Assembly (NCBI GenBank): GCA_951406725.2
Contig: OX597830.1
Location: 70,866,001-70,930,000, forward strand
Direction: 5' to 3'
Length of the DNA: 64,000 bases
From: Octopus vulgaris
Taxonomy: Eukaryota
Shown piece after piece: positions 13,831 through 28,007 of the stretch (the stretch's first letter is position 1; each line of letters opens with the position of its first letter). The notes beneath the pieces were generated by a model, which did no database searches, was not told the DNA's origin, and saw only the letters and a list, made by a program, of their open reading frames with translations. The position numbers were made by a program, and so were the translations under genes.

Positions 13831-14468
13831 CACTGGTTCTGACCCGGGGTCCATATGGCTCATAGAGTTCCATATAAGATTTTTTTTTGTTAAAATTTAT
13901 AGGCGCAGGAGTGGCTGTGTGGCAAATAGCTTGCTTTCCAGCCACATGGTTCCGGGTTCAGTCCCACTGCGTGGCACCTTGGGCAAGTGTCTTCTACTAT
14001 AGCCTCGGGCCGACCAAAGCCTTGTGAGTGGATTTGGTAGATGGAAACTGAAAGAAGCCCGTCGTATATATGTATATGTGTGTGTGTGTTTGTGTGTCTG
14101 TGTTTGACCCCCAACATCCCTTGACAGCCAATGCTGGTGTTTTTACGTCCCCGTCACTTAACGGTTCGGCAAAAGAGACAAAGAATAAGTCCTGGGGTCG
14201 ATTTGCTTGACTTAAAGGCGGTGCTCCAGCATGGCCGCAGTCAAATGACTGAAACAGGTAAAAGATTAAAAGAATGCAATAAATTGGTTATACATCTAAA
14301 ATACACAAAATATTTTTAACAATTTTTTAAAAATGCAATTCCTAATAATATTTAATTATGAAAATATAATAGGATTTTCTAAACATTGAATGGTTATGAG
14401 GGTCCACTCGAGCAAAACAGGAGTCAAAAGGGCCCACAAGTTAAAAAGAAATAGTTGAGAAACACTTA
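13831..14468. mobile_element. Degenerate hAT-like MITE with nested SINE A
   Basis: Ends CACTGGTTCTGACC / AGTTGAGAAACACT; same family as 38266-38612. Confidence 0.5.
13902..14275 (+). mobile_element. SINE family A
   Basis: GGCGCAGGAGTGGCTGTGTGG head through GAAACAGGTAAAAGA tail. Confidence 0.9.
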
Positions 14469-15632
14469 TGTAAATGGTTGAAGGGGAATACTATAAGCTA
14501 TTCCAGTCTTATCTTCCAGCTATTCCAGATCGTCGCTAATTAACCTACACTATAGCAAATTCACTTGCATTTCGTCCAATGCATAGCTCTCTGTCCCTTT
14601 CTCTCTCCTTTGAATCCCTCTTCCCCACATCATTGCTACTGGCTCTCCATTTGCCAACCTCAGACCTATTTCTGTCACTATTTACCCACCTATAACATAG
14701 CTATCCACTCTCTTCACTTATCTACATACATCATAATTTTTCACTTCCTCTCCTAATCCACCTCGTGGCTATCTTCTTTCCACTTAAACACGCCATATTT
14801 GTTTTCCTCTATTTTTACCCACAGAACAGATATTTATCTTTCTTGCTCACAAAATTGCTATTTCTATACATAACTACCCAACCAAAAGTACATCGCTTTT
14901 CATTTCCAAGACCATGGGTACTTCGCTCTACTCCAATCCAAACTATAGCTATTTCTTTCTTACTATACCCATTCAATAGCTATTTTCCTCTATTCCTATA
15001 CCACACCACTACTAGTCCTCTCCACTTTTCCACAGCATGGGAACTTCCTTTTCCCTAACTCACACTAGAAGTATATGTCTCTGTCCACTTGTGCACACTA
15101 CGGCGATGTTTCTTTCCACTTACCCATACCATATCTATTTTCTTTCTTCACTTACCCATACTTTAGCTTTTTCTGACTTCACACACCCCTCTACACCGTT
15201 ACTATCACTCCGTACATACTAACTATTTTCCTCTCTTTATATCCCACACCGCAGCTATCTGTCTCTTCACTTACCCACATTACAGTTATTTTTCCTCAAT
15301 ACTCTTTCTAATACACTTTCTAAGCTTCTCCTCAATCTAGCCACTTATCACTTCCCTCCACACCTTCCCTCGTAACTATAACAATAACACTCTCCCCCAC
15401 ACTCTATCTACTCTTATCTTTGCTCGAAGTATAGCCACATCGTTTGTCTGTTGTCTGTCTATCTGTTAACTTTCATTCTACCCTCTCTCACTATATCTTC
15501 ACCTGCGTTTTATCTCCTCCCTCTCTGTCTCTAGCTCTTACTCCCTTTAGTTTCCCCTTCTATATACGTACTCTCTCTGTCCCTCAAAATCTATCTCTCA
15601 GCACCTCTTCTCTGTCTGTCTGTACGTCTATT

Positions 15633-15701
<69 letters not shown>

Positions 15702-16257
15702 TTTCTTCCTTCCCCTCTCATCCCACCATCCTGAAAGCTGAGCAGCGAGACTGACACGGACAAAGATGGACGAAAACGGGGAAGAAAAGACAGAAAGCAG
15801 ACGATCAATGACGTAACAATTTAGCTAAGCAGACGACCACATACGACGGCGCTGTTCATGGGGATTATTTTTTTTTTTTACCGCATATGATGCCGAAGAT
15901 CACAGGAGTCTTGGATAGTCTCTAAGGCCAATGGTATGCTTCAATGGTCAGCAACATTAATGAACCCAACACAGTTATAGATGTTCGCCACCATTTTTAT
16001 ACATTTAATTATTTGTTTGTCTGTTATTTTTTTCTTCGTTGTTCGGTTCCATCATCAAGAGACTTGATAACTGACCTGACTTTCTTCAACAAAAGTCCAC
16101 ATTAATTTCTATGGAATGATGTCCAAACTGAGATTCTGTCTTTATTCACCATATTTCTCTTGATTTCTTTACTTTTTTTCTCTCTCCTTTTTCTATCTTT
16201 TTCTCTGTTGTTATTTTATTTTTCCTTCTTTTTTTTTCAATGTTTTGCTTTCTTTTT

Positions 16258-16284
16258 ATCTTCTTCTTCTTCTTCTTCTTCTTC

Positions 16285-16331
<47 letters not shown>

Positions 16332-16352
16332 TATCTTCTTCTTCTTCTTGAC

Positions 16353-16385
<33 letters not shown>

Positions 16386-16871
16386 CATCATCCTCATCAT
16401 CTTCTTCTTCTTCTTCTTCTTCTTCTTCTTCTTCTTCTTCTTCTTCTTCTTCTTCTTCATCATCGTCGTCGTCGTCGTCTTCTTCTCCTCCTCCTCCTTC
16501 TCTCGTTTTTTCCCTTTTCCTCTTTCTTTATTCTTTTCTTTCTTTTTTTTCTCCCCTCGCTTCCGCTAATTCTTTGTCTTTCTTCTTCATTTCCTTCTTT
16601 CTCCTCTTAACGATTTCCCCCCTCACTTTGTATCATTTTACTATTCTTTCTAAACTTCCTATTTTCTATCTTTCTTCTTTCTTTCCATTTTTCTTCTTTC
16701 CTATTTTCCCCAATTTTTGTTTTCATTCACTTCGATCTTGTTCCTCTCTTTTATTTTCAAATATCTTCTAATATTCAATATTTATAGTTATATTATTGTT
16801 TTTATTGCTCTTGTGATACTCCTTAGTTACTTTTTTATAATAATAATAACAATAATAATAATAATAATAAC

Positions 16872-16906
<35 letters not shown>

Positions 16907-17039
16907 TAATAATAACAATAATAACAACAACAACAATAACAATAATAATAATAATAATAACAACAACAATAATAATAATAATAATAACAACAACAACAAT
17001 AATAATAATAACAACAACAACAATAAGAATAATAACAAC

Positions 17040-17126
<87 letters not shown>

Positions 17127-17190
17127 AAGAAGAAGAAGAAGAAGAAGGAGAAGAAGAACAACAACAACAACAACGACAACAGCAATAAGT
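16258..17190. repeat. Compound trinucleotide microsatellites (TTC, ATC, AAT/AAC, AGA)
   Basis: Direct reading. Confidence 0.95.
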
Positions 17191-17578
17191 ATAACAAGAG
17201 AAAAAATACTGTCTTTGCGGTATTTAATTACTTCCCTTTTAATTTCTGAGTTTAAATCCTTTTGGGCGGTATTTTCCTAGGTTGTATAAGATCGAAATAC
17301 ATAATGAATGAAATAACTTTAAAACTCTTAATGATTTTTAAAAGTTAAAAGTTATAAAACAGTGAAATTTCAAACTACTTCTTGATTCGTTGTTCTTATT
17401 AAAAATGGCCGATATTTCCTTCGTTTCTTTCAAAGAAAAATAACGGTTAACAATATTGTTATAGTAAGTGAGACTGATAGGCCTAAGTGGCAAAAAATCA
17501 CTTTAAGTTAAATGAAAGGAAATGAAAGGTACTTTGTTTTTTAGTTTTGGTTACATATATAGATGTACTTAGTGTACG

Positions 17579-17688
<110 letters not shown>

Positions 17689-17877
17689 TAGTCTGTCTGT
17701 CTGCCTGTCTGTCTGTGTGTCTGATTGTCTGTCTGTGTGTCTGTTTGTCGATTCTTGTTCAGTACGATTGCGTGTCATTTTGGGCAAATGTCTTCTACTA
17801 TAGCTTCTGCGTGGCCGATCAATTCCTTGTGAGTGAATCTGTCAGACGGAAAATGCGTATATATAATGTGTGTGTGC

Positions 17878-17932
<55 letters not shown>

Positions 17933-18297
17933 TGTGTGTGTGTGTGTATGTGTGTGATTGCTTCCAGTGCCAAAAAAAATACATCAAAATAAGTTGGTGT
18001 TCAGTCAGCACTAACAAATCATGAACGTTGAAAAACAAACGCACACAATCGTCTCAATCCATCAGGTCTGTCTTATAGTAGTATGTGGTAACCTCACACT
18101 GCGATATCAATACTGTAGCTGAAAGATGGGGGGGTTCCTCTTAAGAGCCAGAAAATATTCCGGCTTCCATCAGATGTAACAACCTGTGCCTAACATATAT
18201 TTTATTGACTGAAGCGATGTTGAAAACAAATTCGTTCTTGGTAAGATTAGAACGCTGAACTCCGAAAAAGAAGATCGCTACATAATAACTATTATCA

Positions 18298-18634
18298 GTT
18301 TAAAGTTATCTTCACAGATTTTCTATAAAAACTAGAGCCAGTTTTGGAAGTTACGTAGCATCCTCCAGGAATGTGTTTAATATGTAAAAATGATATATCT
18401 AATTTTGATACACTGCTATATTTGATGGCTATTTAAGCAATGTGTTCATGGATGGTTAATGGGTTTGGTGTGGCGCTGAAGAAAGCAGAAAAACGCCTGA
18501 AATATGCATCTACACCAATTGCTTGTTTTTCTATTTTCGATCGCATTGCTTACATAGACGTATTTGTATACGAAACATGTAACTTTCTGTGCTGGCTCTA
18601 GTTTCTATTGAAAGTCTGTAGAAATAACTTTAAA
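18298..18634. repeat. Degenerate inverted-repeat element with a hammerhead-like remnant in the spacer
   Basis: Arms about 18298-18355 and 18576-18634 are imperfect reverse complements; spacer has CTGAAGA-AAGC..GCCT-GAAA-TATGCATC. Confidence 0.55.
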
Positions 18635-19160
18635 ATGTGATTGAATAGCATTGCTAACACAGGCAGGACATAGTGTTGACTAGTTAAGCCTTTGATATAA
18701 TTTGTAGTATATTATAGGTGCATAACGACATACGGTGTCCCTACCTGCAATTAACAATTATACACAACGCTACAGACCTGGAAACCGATACCCTAATATG
18801 GTATTCTGTACGAGGTTATGCAATTCAGATTGTGATATTTGTTGTCGATGCTGCTGTTATTGCCTCGAGTTAGCTCAGATCGAGTAGATAGATCTTTGAC
18901 CAAAGGCATTCAAGGACGCACATCCGTTTTTTTTTTTCAGTATGTCTAGAATTACACAATTTAATGCGTTCTTTTCATTTTTGTTTTGTAAGGTGTAGTG
19001 TTACAATATTTGGCTGCTATATCTAGCAGATGAGTTTTCCATCAGATATAGGTCCCGAAATTGGCTAGTCGAAATGACGATGTTTGTTTATAAAAGTAAC
19101 AAATACCTCATCTGGCACAATATTTTATAATGAATGTGCGCACACACACACACGCGCGCG

Positions 19161-19198
<38 letters not shown>

Positions 19199-19294
19199 CA
19201 ATTGAGGATAAAATCTTTAAAAGAAATTATCAGTAGTTAGCGTGAAAAACCTCGTAAGAGAAAAAATCTGTAAATTTTTCCACTTTGAAAATAT

Positions 19295-19828
19295 TTATTT
19301 ATATTATATTGAGGGTACTACTATTCGTAGATACCAACACGCTAAGAGGGACCAATGCGGTCAAAACTGCTAAAATAAACAAAATTTTACCGAATGCAAT
19401 TTTACCGAATTTTACCGAATGAGGATTTTATCCTCAATTGTTAATTTATATTTTTCACCGGAATAGTTCAATACTGAATGTTTATTCCGAGTAAGCAATT
19501 TGTACCGAAATGCATTGCGAATAAGCCCGCCATTTTCATAGATATGTAAAGATAAACATTCGTACATCCTACGACGAATTCTACGGTTGGCTATCGAGCT
19601 TGTAACGTTATGTTTTTTCTTATATATCTTGAGTTTGTTGCACTGATGAACATAGAATGCATATTCTGCATTAATTGCGAAATCACTGGTGATATGTAAC
19701 TAAATTCTTTTTTTAAATGATTTGCTTTGAAGTTTTGCATTCGGTAAAATTTTGTTTATTTTAGTAGTTTTGACCCCATTGGTCCCTCTTAGCGTATGGT
19801 ATCTACGAATAGTAGTACCCTCTATATA

Positions 19829-19838
<10 letters not shown>
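19295..19838. mobile_element. Inverted-repeat element (Penelope-like terminal-repeat derivative) in (TA)n context
   Basis: About 105-bp arms at 19295-19400 and 19735-19838 are near-perfect reverse complements; hammerhead motif in the spacer. Confidence 0.7.
19638..19699 (+). ncRNA. Type I hammerhead ribozyme motif
   Basis: TTGCA-CTGATGA-[stem II, closing pair imperfect]-GAAA-TCAC TG GTGA-TA-TGTAA; stem I 5 bp including one G-U. Confidence 0.65.
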
Positions 19839-19876
<38 letters not shown>

Positions 19877-19879
<3 letters not shown>

Positions 19880-20045
19880 TAAAAACGGTAAGATAACAAA
19901 AGAAAGAAAGAGACCTCAATATTATGTAAATAGAGGAAATTTATCTATAAAATATGTTACATTTACTCAATAGTCAAGATAAAACTCTGAGTTTCAGATG
20001 CCGAAGTGGAAATCCACAACACGATCTCTTCGGTTATCTGGCCAT
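19877..20045 (-). mobile_element. Short Penelope-like terminal fragment adjacent to (TA)n
   Basis: Second copy at about 46425-46567 in opposite orientation, also bounded by (TA)n; contains a hammerhead motif. Confidence 0.65.
19977..20039 (-). ncRNA. Type I hammerhead ribozyme motif (CCGAAGA core variant)
   Basis: Minus strand: AGATAA-CCGAAGA-GAT...ATC-T-GAAA-CTC A GAG-TT-TTATCT; 6-bp stem I, near-palindromic stem III. Confidence 0.65.
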
Positions 20046-20828
20046 CTGAAAAACGCTATGAAAAAATACCGTTATATAAAGGGAAATTACTGTGTTATAA
20101 TTCTGCTCGCGAACCCAAGTGCGTACTTATACGTCACTATGAAAACGTACACATCTTCACTCGCATTTTTCGCCAAATGTATACGCATATATATACAAAC
20201 TCATACACACACACATGCGTACCGTAAAAGTTCATACATACGTCTACATACGCACAAGCACCATGGTTAAAGGTAACAGAAAAAAAACATAAAGAAGTAT
20301 ACAAAGCATAAAAACCACGTTCATATACGGACATGCCCCTATGCACTCATACACACACACGCCCATATATGTACATACCCGCACATATTTATATACGCAT
20401 ACATACACACATAGAAGAAAGATGGCAGCCTCATGTGTTAATATCATAATGATATTACAAAGCATGTAAATGCTAGATCGATGGCTCCGACAGAGACCTG
20501 TGGCGTATAGTGGTTGTTTCAAGTAAGGATACAACAAAAGTTTTCCATTAAGATTTGTGATTAAATTAATGAATTAGGTGAATATTTGTAATGAAATTGC
20601 CATCTTTGACGGATGCGCAGCACACACAAAGCACACTCAGAATATATGCCCCTGATAGAGACCAGTTGGTTATGGTAGTGCCCACAAGGGGAGCAGGTTA
20701 GATAGACTTAGTTGTTACATGACAGTTGCTTTCAATAATTACACGCTGCCATTTTAAGAAACACAAGACATATTGGATTGGGTTGTCCGAGATATACAGC
20801 TTCTGTCTACAATATTCTCTCACTTGAA

Positions 20829-21243
20829 GGCGGCGAGCTGGAAGAAACGTTAGCACGTCGGGCGAAATGATTAGCAGTATTTCGTCTGCCGCTACGTTCT
20901 GAGTTCAAATTCCGCTGAGGTCGACTTTGACTTTCATCCTTTCGGGGTCGATTAAATAAGTGCCAGTTACGCACTGGGGTCGATATAATCGACTTAATCC
21001 GTTTGTCTGTCCTTGTTTGTCCTCTCTGTGTTTAGCCCCTTGTGGGTAGTAAAGAAATAGGTATTTCGTCTGCCGCTACGTTCTGAGTTCAAATTCTGCC
21101 GAGGTCGAATTTGCCTTTCATCCTTTCGGGGTCGATTAAATAAGTACCAGTTACGCAATAGAGTCGATATAATCGACTTAATCCGTTTGTCTGTCCTTGT
21201 TTGTCCTCTCTGTGTTTAGCCCCGTGTTGGTAGTAAAGAAATT
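20829..21243 (+). mobile_element. SINE family B tandem dimer inside one TSD
   Basis: Second unit restarts at GGTATTTCG at 21060; 18-bp TSD CAATATTCTCTCACTTGA at 20810-20827 and 21250-21267. Confidence 0.9.
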
Positions 21244-21429
21244 TACTACCAATATTCTCTCACTTGACATTGGTCAACCGGGGCTTGGCTATTGTAGAGA
21301 ATACTAGTCCAAGGTAACGCGCAGTGGGACTGAAATCGAAACAAATTGGTTGTGAAGCAAACTTCTTAACCCTTACACCAGAGATTATGCCTGTCCCAAT
21401 ACATCCATACATACATACAGAAAGATATA

Positions 21430-21465
<36 letters not shown>

Positions 21466-21765
21466 TGTATGTATGTATGTATACACACGTGCATATATTT
21501 GAACGGGCGCGGTGTGTGTGTGCACGTGTGTATGTGTGTGTGTGCACGTGTGTATGTGTGTGTGTGCATGCGCACGTGCCGTCGTCTTGTGTGCTAGCAC
21601 GTAACTATCCAGCCGTTTCCAACACTGGAATCAGTGAAAAGCGCAATCTATCAACTTCACTTCTTTAACAATTACAACGGCATCACCACCACGACGATGA
21701 CGACGACTATCACCACCACCACCACCACCACCACCACCACCACCACCACCACCACCACCACCACC

Positions 21766-21844
<79 letters not shown>

Positions 21845-22654
21845 GCAATTACAACAAACAGACAAATACCATGACCATACGAATGCAGTGTTCGAAACTA
21901 GCTCTCGTATTGCAGATAGATGACAGCACGTTTGTATAGAAAAAAATCCCGGTTAACATGAGTTATGTTGCTAAAACACAAAGGACGGTGACTTATCGTG
22001 TAATTTCTATTACTTTTGTAAGAATAAGAGGGAATTGTCCTTGTTTGCCTGCTTGAGGAAGCACCAAAAGGAACGGAACAAGTAGCCGTAAATAGGAGAG
22101 AATCTGGTAAAACAAGCGACTCTAAGTAGGTTTGCTTGTAAGGAAATGACTGACTGATTAGTTTAGCGGTTTAGAGAGAGGAAGGTGGAATGATAGAATG
22201 ACGGAATGATGGAATGGTTGAATGATGGTGTTTGTAAATAAAGGGTGTGAGTCAAATCAGGTTGAAGTGAGATGTGGACATGGGACAAATGAACAAGAGA
22301 CAGTGTGTGTGTGAGAGAGAGAGAGGGGAGAGAGGGAAAGTAAGAGAGAAGGGGAAAAGAGAGTGAGAAGAAATTTAGAGAGGGGAAAAGATAGAGTGAG
22401 GTAAGGGTGAGAAGAGGTAAGTGGAGGGTGTAGCGTGATGGGGGAGAGACAAAGGGATGTGAAGTAAAGAGGGTGGGTTGGTGTGAGAGGAGAGTGATAG
22501 AAGAGGCAAGTTAAGGAAGAGACATACAGAGGGAGAGAGAAAGACGAAAGAGAGACAGAAGAGGACGTGTAAGAGGAAGAGAAAAAGAGATGAGAGAGTA
22601 GAGTGTGAGAGAGGAAAGGAAGAAAACGAATGAGTGAGTGATGAAAGTTGAGAG

Positions 22655-22706
<52 letters not shown>

Positions 22707-23004
22707 TCAGAGAGACAGACAGACAGACAGAGAAACGGAGAGACAATGAAAATAAAACAATAAGAATGAATAAAATAGAGAGGCAGAGAATGAAGGTGAG
22801 AGATAAAGAAATAAGACCGACAGACAGATAGATGGAGATAGATAGATAGATAGATAGATAGAAAGATAGATAGATAGATAGAGAGAGAGAGGGGGGAGAG
22901 GGAGAGAGAGAAACAGGGGTAGTCAGACAAACAAATAGAAAGACAGAAAGACAATGAGTGTGTGTGTCTGTGTGTGTGTGTGAGAGAGATAGAAAGAGAG
23001 AGTG

Positions 23005-23076
<72 letters not shown>

Positions 23077-23418
23077 CTAAGGATGGGGAAACAGGAGTTT
23101 GATTGATTTTCATCAATTTCCGGGGAGAAATTTTTAAATCTGAGCTATGACAATGGGGAAAAGTCACAGTACAGCTTTGATTATTTTTATTATCATTAGA
23201 GCTGGTAGAGTCGTTAGCACACACCGGAGAAAATTATTATCGGCATTTCGTACATCCTTATGTTCTGAGTTCAAATCCTGCTGAGGTCGACTTAACCTTT
23301 CATCTTTTGGGGTCGATAAAATAAGTCCCTGTCAAATTATGAGGGAGCCGATGTAATTGACTTACTCACCTCATCCCAAGCTTGCCGGCCTTGTGCCAAA
23401 ATTTGAAACCAATGTTAT

Positions 23419-23885
23419 TGAGTGAGTGAGTAGCACATCCGATCAAAGTGACATCGGGGTAAAATATACGAAGCCCAATATACCCATCATGACTACCCGT
23501 CTGATAAGGGTACACCAGGCACATGCATCACAATCATATGTACGCGACACGGTGATCTCATATCAAGATAAACAGCGCATGACCTTGCAGGTGGGGCCCA
23601 GTTAGAATTTTTTTCTGGTCGAGTAGCCCAGCCCGCTCAAAAGGTCCCTGAATAAGGGTTGTTTAAGGATGATGAATGAGACACCCATGTTTCCAGGGAT
23701 GAATTATTCACATCTCAAAGAATCCCTCTCAACACATGGCTATGATTTTCCCCTAACTATTTTTACTCGTAATCAAGGATGCACATATCGACATATCGTC
23801 AGTTACTAAGGGACATGCTCAGCTGGTTACGGTCAAGCAACTGACAAGCAGATCTGTGGTATTGTGCAGAATATTTGCTGAAGCC
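23419..23885 (-). mobile_element. Retroposon 3' region (family G), copy 1
   Basis: About 330 bp shared with 24371-24704, extending further on the 5' side. Confidence 0.65.
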
Positions 23886-24327
23886 CATTTCTGAATAATT
23901 CTCAGTTGTAAGATTTTACTGAGTCCTGCTAACTCATGAACCACCGCTGGCGAATAACCTACAACCTGACCTGCCGCAAAATTCGATAAGCCGTCAGAAT
24001 CGTTAAGACGCCGAGTGAAATACTGAGCGGCATTTCGCCGGTCAGTATGTTCTAAGTTCAAATTCCGCCAAGACCCCGACTTTACCTTTCATCCTTTCGG
24101 AGTCGATACATTAAGTACCAGTGAAACATTTGGGCGGTCAATGTAATCGATTTATTATCCCTTCCTCAAAAATTCCAGGCATTGTGCCTATGGTAGAAAG
24201 GATCATCATCATCATCATCGTTATTATTATTATTATTATTATCATTATTATCATTATTATTATCATTATTATTATTATTATTATTATTATATCATTATTA
24301 TCATTATTATTATTATTATCATTATTA

Positions 24328-24370
<43 letters not shown>

Positions 24371-24703
24371 GTGAGAGAGCAGTTCATGACATCAAAGTGA
24401 CACTGGGGTAAAATATACGAAGCCCAATATACCCATCATGACTACCCGTCTGATAAAGGTACACCAGGCACATGCATCACAACCATATGTGCGCGACATG
24501 GTGATCTCATATCAAGATAAACAGCACATAACCTTGCAGGTGGGGCCCAGTTAGAATTTTCTTCAGGTTGAGTAGCCCATCCCGCTCAAACGGTCCCTGA
24601 ATAAGGGTTGTTTAAGGATGTTGAAAGAACTACCCATGTTTCCAGAGGTAACCTATTCAAACCCCCAAAGAATCCCTCTCAACACATGGCTATGATGCTC
24701 CCC

Positions 24704-24704
<1 letters not shown>
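24371..24704 (-). mobile_element. 5'-truncated retroposon 3' region (family G) embedded in (TAA)n
   Basis: (TTA)n tracts on both sides (24221-24370, 24705-24856); homologous to 23419-23755. Confidence 0.7.
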
Positions 24705-24743
<39 letters not shown>

Positions 24744-24783
24744 GTTATTATTTTTATTATTATTATCATTATTATCATTATTA

Positions 24784-24856
<73 letters not shown>

Positions 24857-25084
24857 TGAATCATGCTACTTTAACTAGCGGGAATGTTGATGGTATTAAC
24901 AAATGTTGGGAACTGAAGTGTCGTGTAAACCTACAAAGGAGAGTTAGTCTCTAGGATGCGTTTCTATGTGCTTCCGCATATGCTTTCAACAACGACGTTC
25001 GACATATGGAGCCACAACGGGAGTTTAGTTGAGTGCTGTTCATGAATTAGGGGTATATGCTGCAATGAGGACCTCTCTCTTTTT

Positions 25085-25507
25085 TTACTCTTTTACTCTT
25101 TTACTTGTTTCAGTCATTTGACTGCGGCCATGCTGGAGCACCGCTTTCAACCGAGCAACTCAGCCCCGGGACTTATTCTTTTGTAAGCCTAGTACTTATT
25201 CTATCGGTCTTTTTTGCCGAACCGCTAAGTGACGGCGACGTAAACACACCAGCATCGGTTGTTAAGCAATGCTAGGGGGACAAACACAGACACACAAAAC
25301 ACACACATACATATATATACATATATATATATATATACATATATACGACGTGCTTCTTCAGTTTCCGTCTACCAAATCCACTCACAAGGCTTTGGTCGGC
25401 CTGAGGCTATAGTAGAAGACACTTGCCCAAGGTGCCACGCAGTGGGACTGAACCCGGAACCATGTGGTTGGTAAACAAGCTACTTACCACACAGCCACTC
25501 CTACGCC
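25085..25507 (-). mobile_element. SINE family A
   Basis: Full-length reverse-complement match. Confidence 0.9.
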
Positions 25508-25599
25508 TATATTTTTTTTTCGAATGTGAGACAAGATTGGCATATCCTCTTGCAGGATGCTTTCAGGTCTCTGTTTATGGCGCTAGTGTGGTGTAAAAT

Positions 25600-26038
25600 T
25601 TGCAAGTGCATGATACATGATTAGTGGGGAATGGTAGTAGGGAATAAATGGTAGTATCAACTGTATGATAAGGAAGAGAGTAGGGGACAAAGCTGAACCT
25701 TAGGACATGCTGGAATTGCTAGAATGAGAAACATAAAGAGCTCTCTTAACTCGTGCAGCGATAGTGCGATCTGATAGGAAACTCCGATCCAGGAGATGAG
25801 AGTTGAGTGTAGCATGTAGGCGGAAAGCTTCGGCCTGAGATTTGCAAGCCAGATACGGAAGTAAACTTTGCGCAAGTCGAGAGCAACAATACTATTTTCC
25901 TCAATTTTTTTTCCATGGCACGAACCCACAGTTTCAAGATGAAAGAGTGGAAGTTTCCAGTAGTTCCACTTTGCGAAATCTGTGCAAGTAATCATAAAAC
26001 AGACACGAGACTCAAAGCATTGACGGATACTATTATTA
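25600..26038 (-). pseudogene. Decayed LINE reverse-transcriptase fragment (CR1/Jockey-group-like)
   Basis: IVALDLRKVYFRIW..L..KLSAY..ISWI and GSALSPTLFLI resemble the RT motifs ALDxxKAFDRVWH and QGSVLSPTLF; interrupted by the mariner. Confidence 0.6.
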
Positions 26039-26040
26039 TA

Positions 26041-26604
26041 TTGGGTTGTCCGGAAAATTTGTGCCGATTTATAGCAGCTTACTTTTCGACTTATTTCAGA
26101 ACATGGTGAGTCCATAAAATAGGATTTTACTACGCCTCCATTTAGAGCACAGTTTAAGCTATCTTTTCGTGGAAGAAGGTTTATATTCCTATAACCTGTA
26201 TTTATTCTGTAACTCTTTAAAATAGAAGATAAGAAAGTTCATTTTCGGCACTTGATGCTTTGGGAACCAGACAAAAATTGCTGCAGCTTGGCTGGGATGT
26301 ATTACCCCACACTCCATATTCACCAGATATTGCTTTTCCGGATTTCCACTTATTCAGGTCTCTGCAGAATAGTCTTAATGGTAAAAATTTCAATTCCTTA
26401 TATGACGTAAAATGATACCTTGATGAATTCTTTGCCCTGAAACCACCACAATTCTGGGAAGAGGGTATTTTCAAGTAAAGGAAAGATGGAGACACATTGT
26501 GCAACAAAATGGTTCATATTTGGTTGATTAATAATGTAATGGCAAGTATTTAATGACCTTTTTCTTTCTTCTAAAAATCGGCACGAACTTACCGGACAAC
26601 CCAA
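26041..26604 (+). mobile_element. Internally deleted mariner element
   Basis: TIRs TTGGGTTGTCCGG..GTGCCGATTT / AAATCGGCAC..CCGGACAACCCAA with TA TSD; N-terminal EDKKVHFRHLMLWE joined to C-terminal TRQKLLQLGWDVLPHTPYSPDIAFPDFHLFRSLQNSLNGK..RWRHIVQQNGSYLVD*. Confidence 0.9.
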
Positions 26605-27965
26605 TAGTTTATAGATATTCGACGTAAGTTCAATGGAGTGACCCTTCCATGTTCAGAGTGGTTACTGTTCTTGGAAATGAGACACTGCAGTTTATTTTCA
26701 AAGATTTACGTTGAGACCGGGTGACTGAATATTTCGAAGAGTGGAGTGGAGAGACTACTTCGGGGGCGCAAAATTTGAGGGCAATGGTAAGGCATGTATG
26801 TGTTTATAAATATGCATGCATGCATGTATGTATGTATGTATGCATGTATGTATGTATGTATGTATGTATGTATGTATGTATGTATGTATGTATGTATGTA
26901 TGTATGTATGTATGAATGTATAAATGTATGTATGTATGTGTGTGTATGTTTGTATGTGTGTGTGTATGTATGTATGATGTATGAATGTATGTACGTATGT
27001 ATGTATGCATGCATGCATGTATATATGTATGAATATATGTATGCATGTATGCATGTATGTATGTATGTATGTATGCATGTATGTATGTATTTATGTATGT
27101 ATGTATGTATGTATGTATGTGTGTGTATGTATGTCTGTATGTATATATGTATAATTATGAATGCTTGTGTGTGTAACAGTGTGTGTATGTGTGTCTGTGA
27201 AGGAAGAAGGAAGTGTTTCCTTGAATTTACACACACTCATGCAAATACATTCATACATGCATGTGTGTATGAATGTGTGAGTATATATACATGTGTATGT
27301 GTGAATGTGTGTGTACGTGTGTGCATGTGTGCATATGTAAGTATACATGCTAACATTTGCATATATATATATATATATGTGTGTGTGTGTTCGTGTGTGT
27401 CTGCATGTGTACGTGCGTGCATGTGTGTATATATAAGTGTACATGCTTACATTTGCTTGTGTGTGTGTGTGTGTGTGTGTGTGCATATTCATATGTAAAT
27501 ATATACGTATATAAATGCCCGAACATATATATATATATACACGCACACTTATTAAAACGTACACTTATATCGTTGTTTGTGAAGGAAAGTATAAAATAAC
27601 GCGCAAAAGTAAATATATCTGCATATATGCATATATGCATGTATGCATGTATACATAACTGCATACATATATGCATGCTGGCATTTACACATTTACACAT
27701 GAATATTTGATCAGCTAAGAAGGCAAAACCATCACGATCAGGTGAAGATATATAGTTAAGTATAAACTGTTGAGAAAACAAATTTATAGGCAGCAGAAAA
27801 CCTCGCTTTGGCATATAAGTGTGACGTCACGCAGAACAGTTTATTTTTATTTTTTTTTCCCTTCCTGCCAACGAAGGAAAATATGTCTTGCGTTGCGTGT
27901 TTATATTTTTTTTTTATTCTTTCTGGGTTTGTTTTATGTATACATAGCTTTTATTAATCGTTTTT

Positions 27966-28007
<42 letters not shown>

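Noticed and set aside
23819-24061. ORF as the C-terminus of an R4/Dong protein
   Set aside because: Similarity too vague; the ORF starts inside a SINE B2 copy
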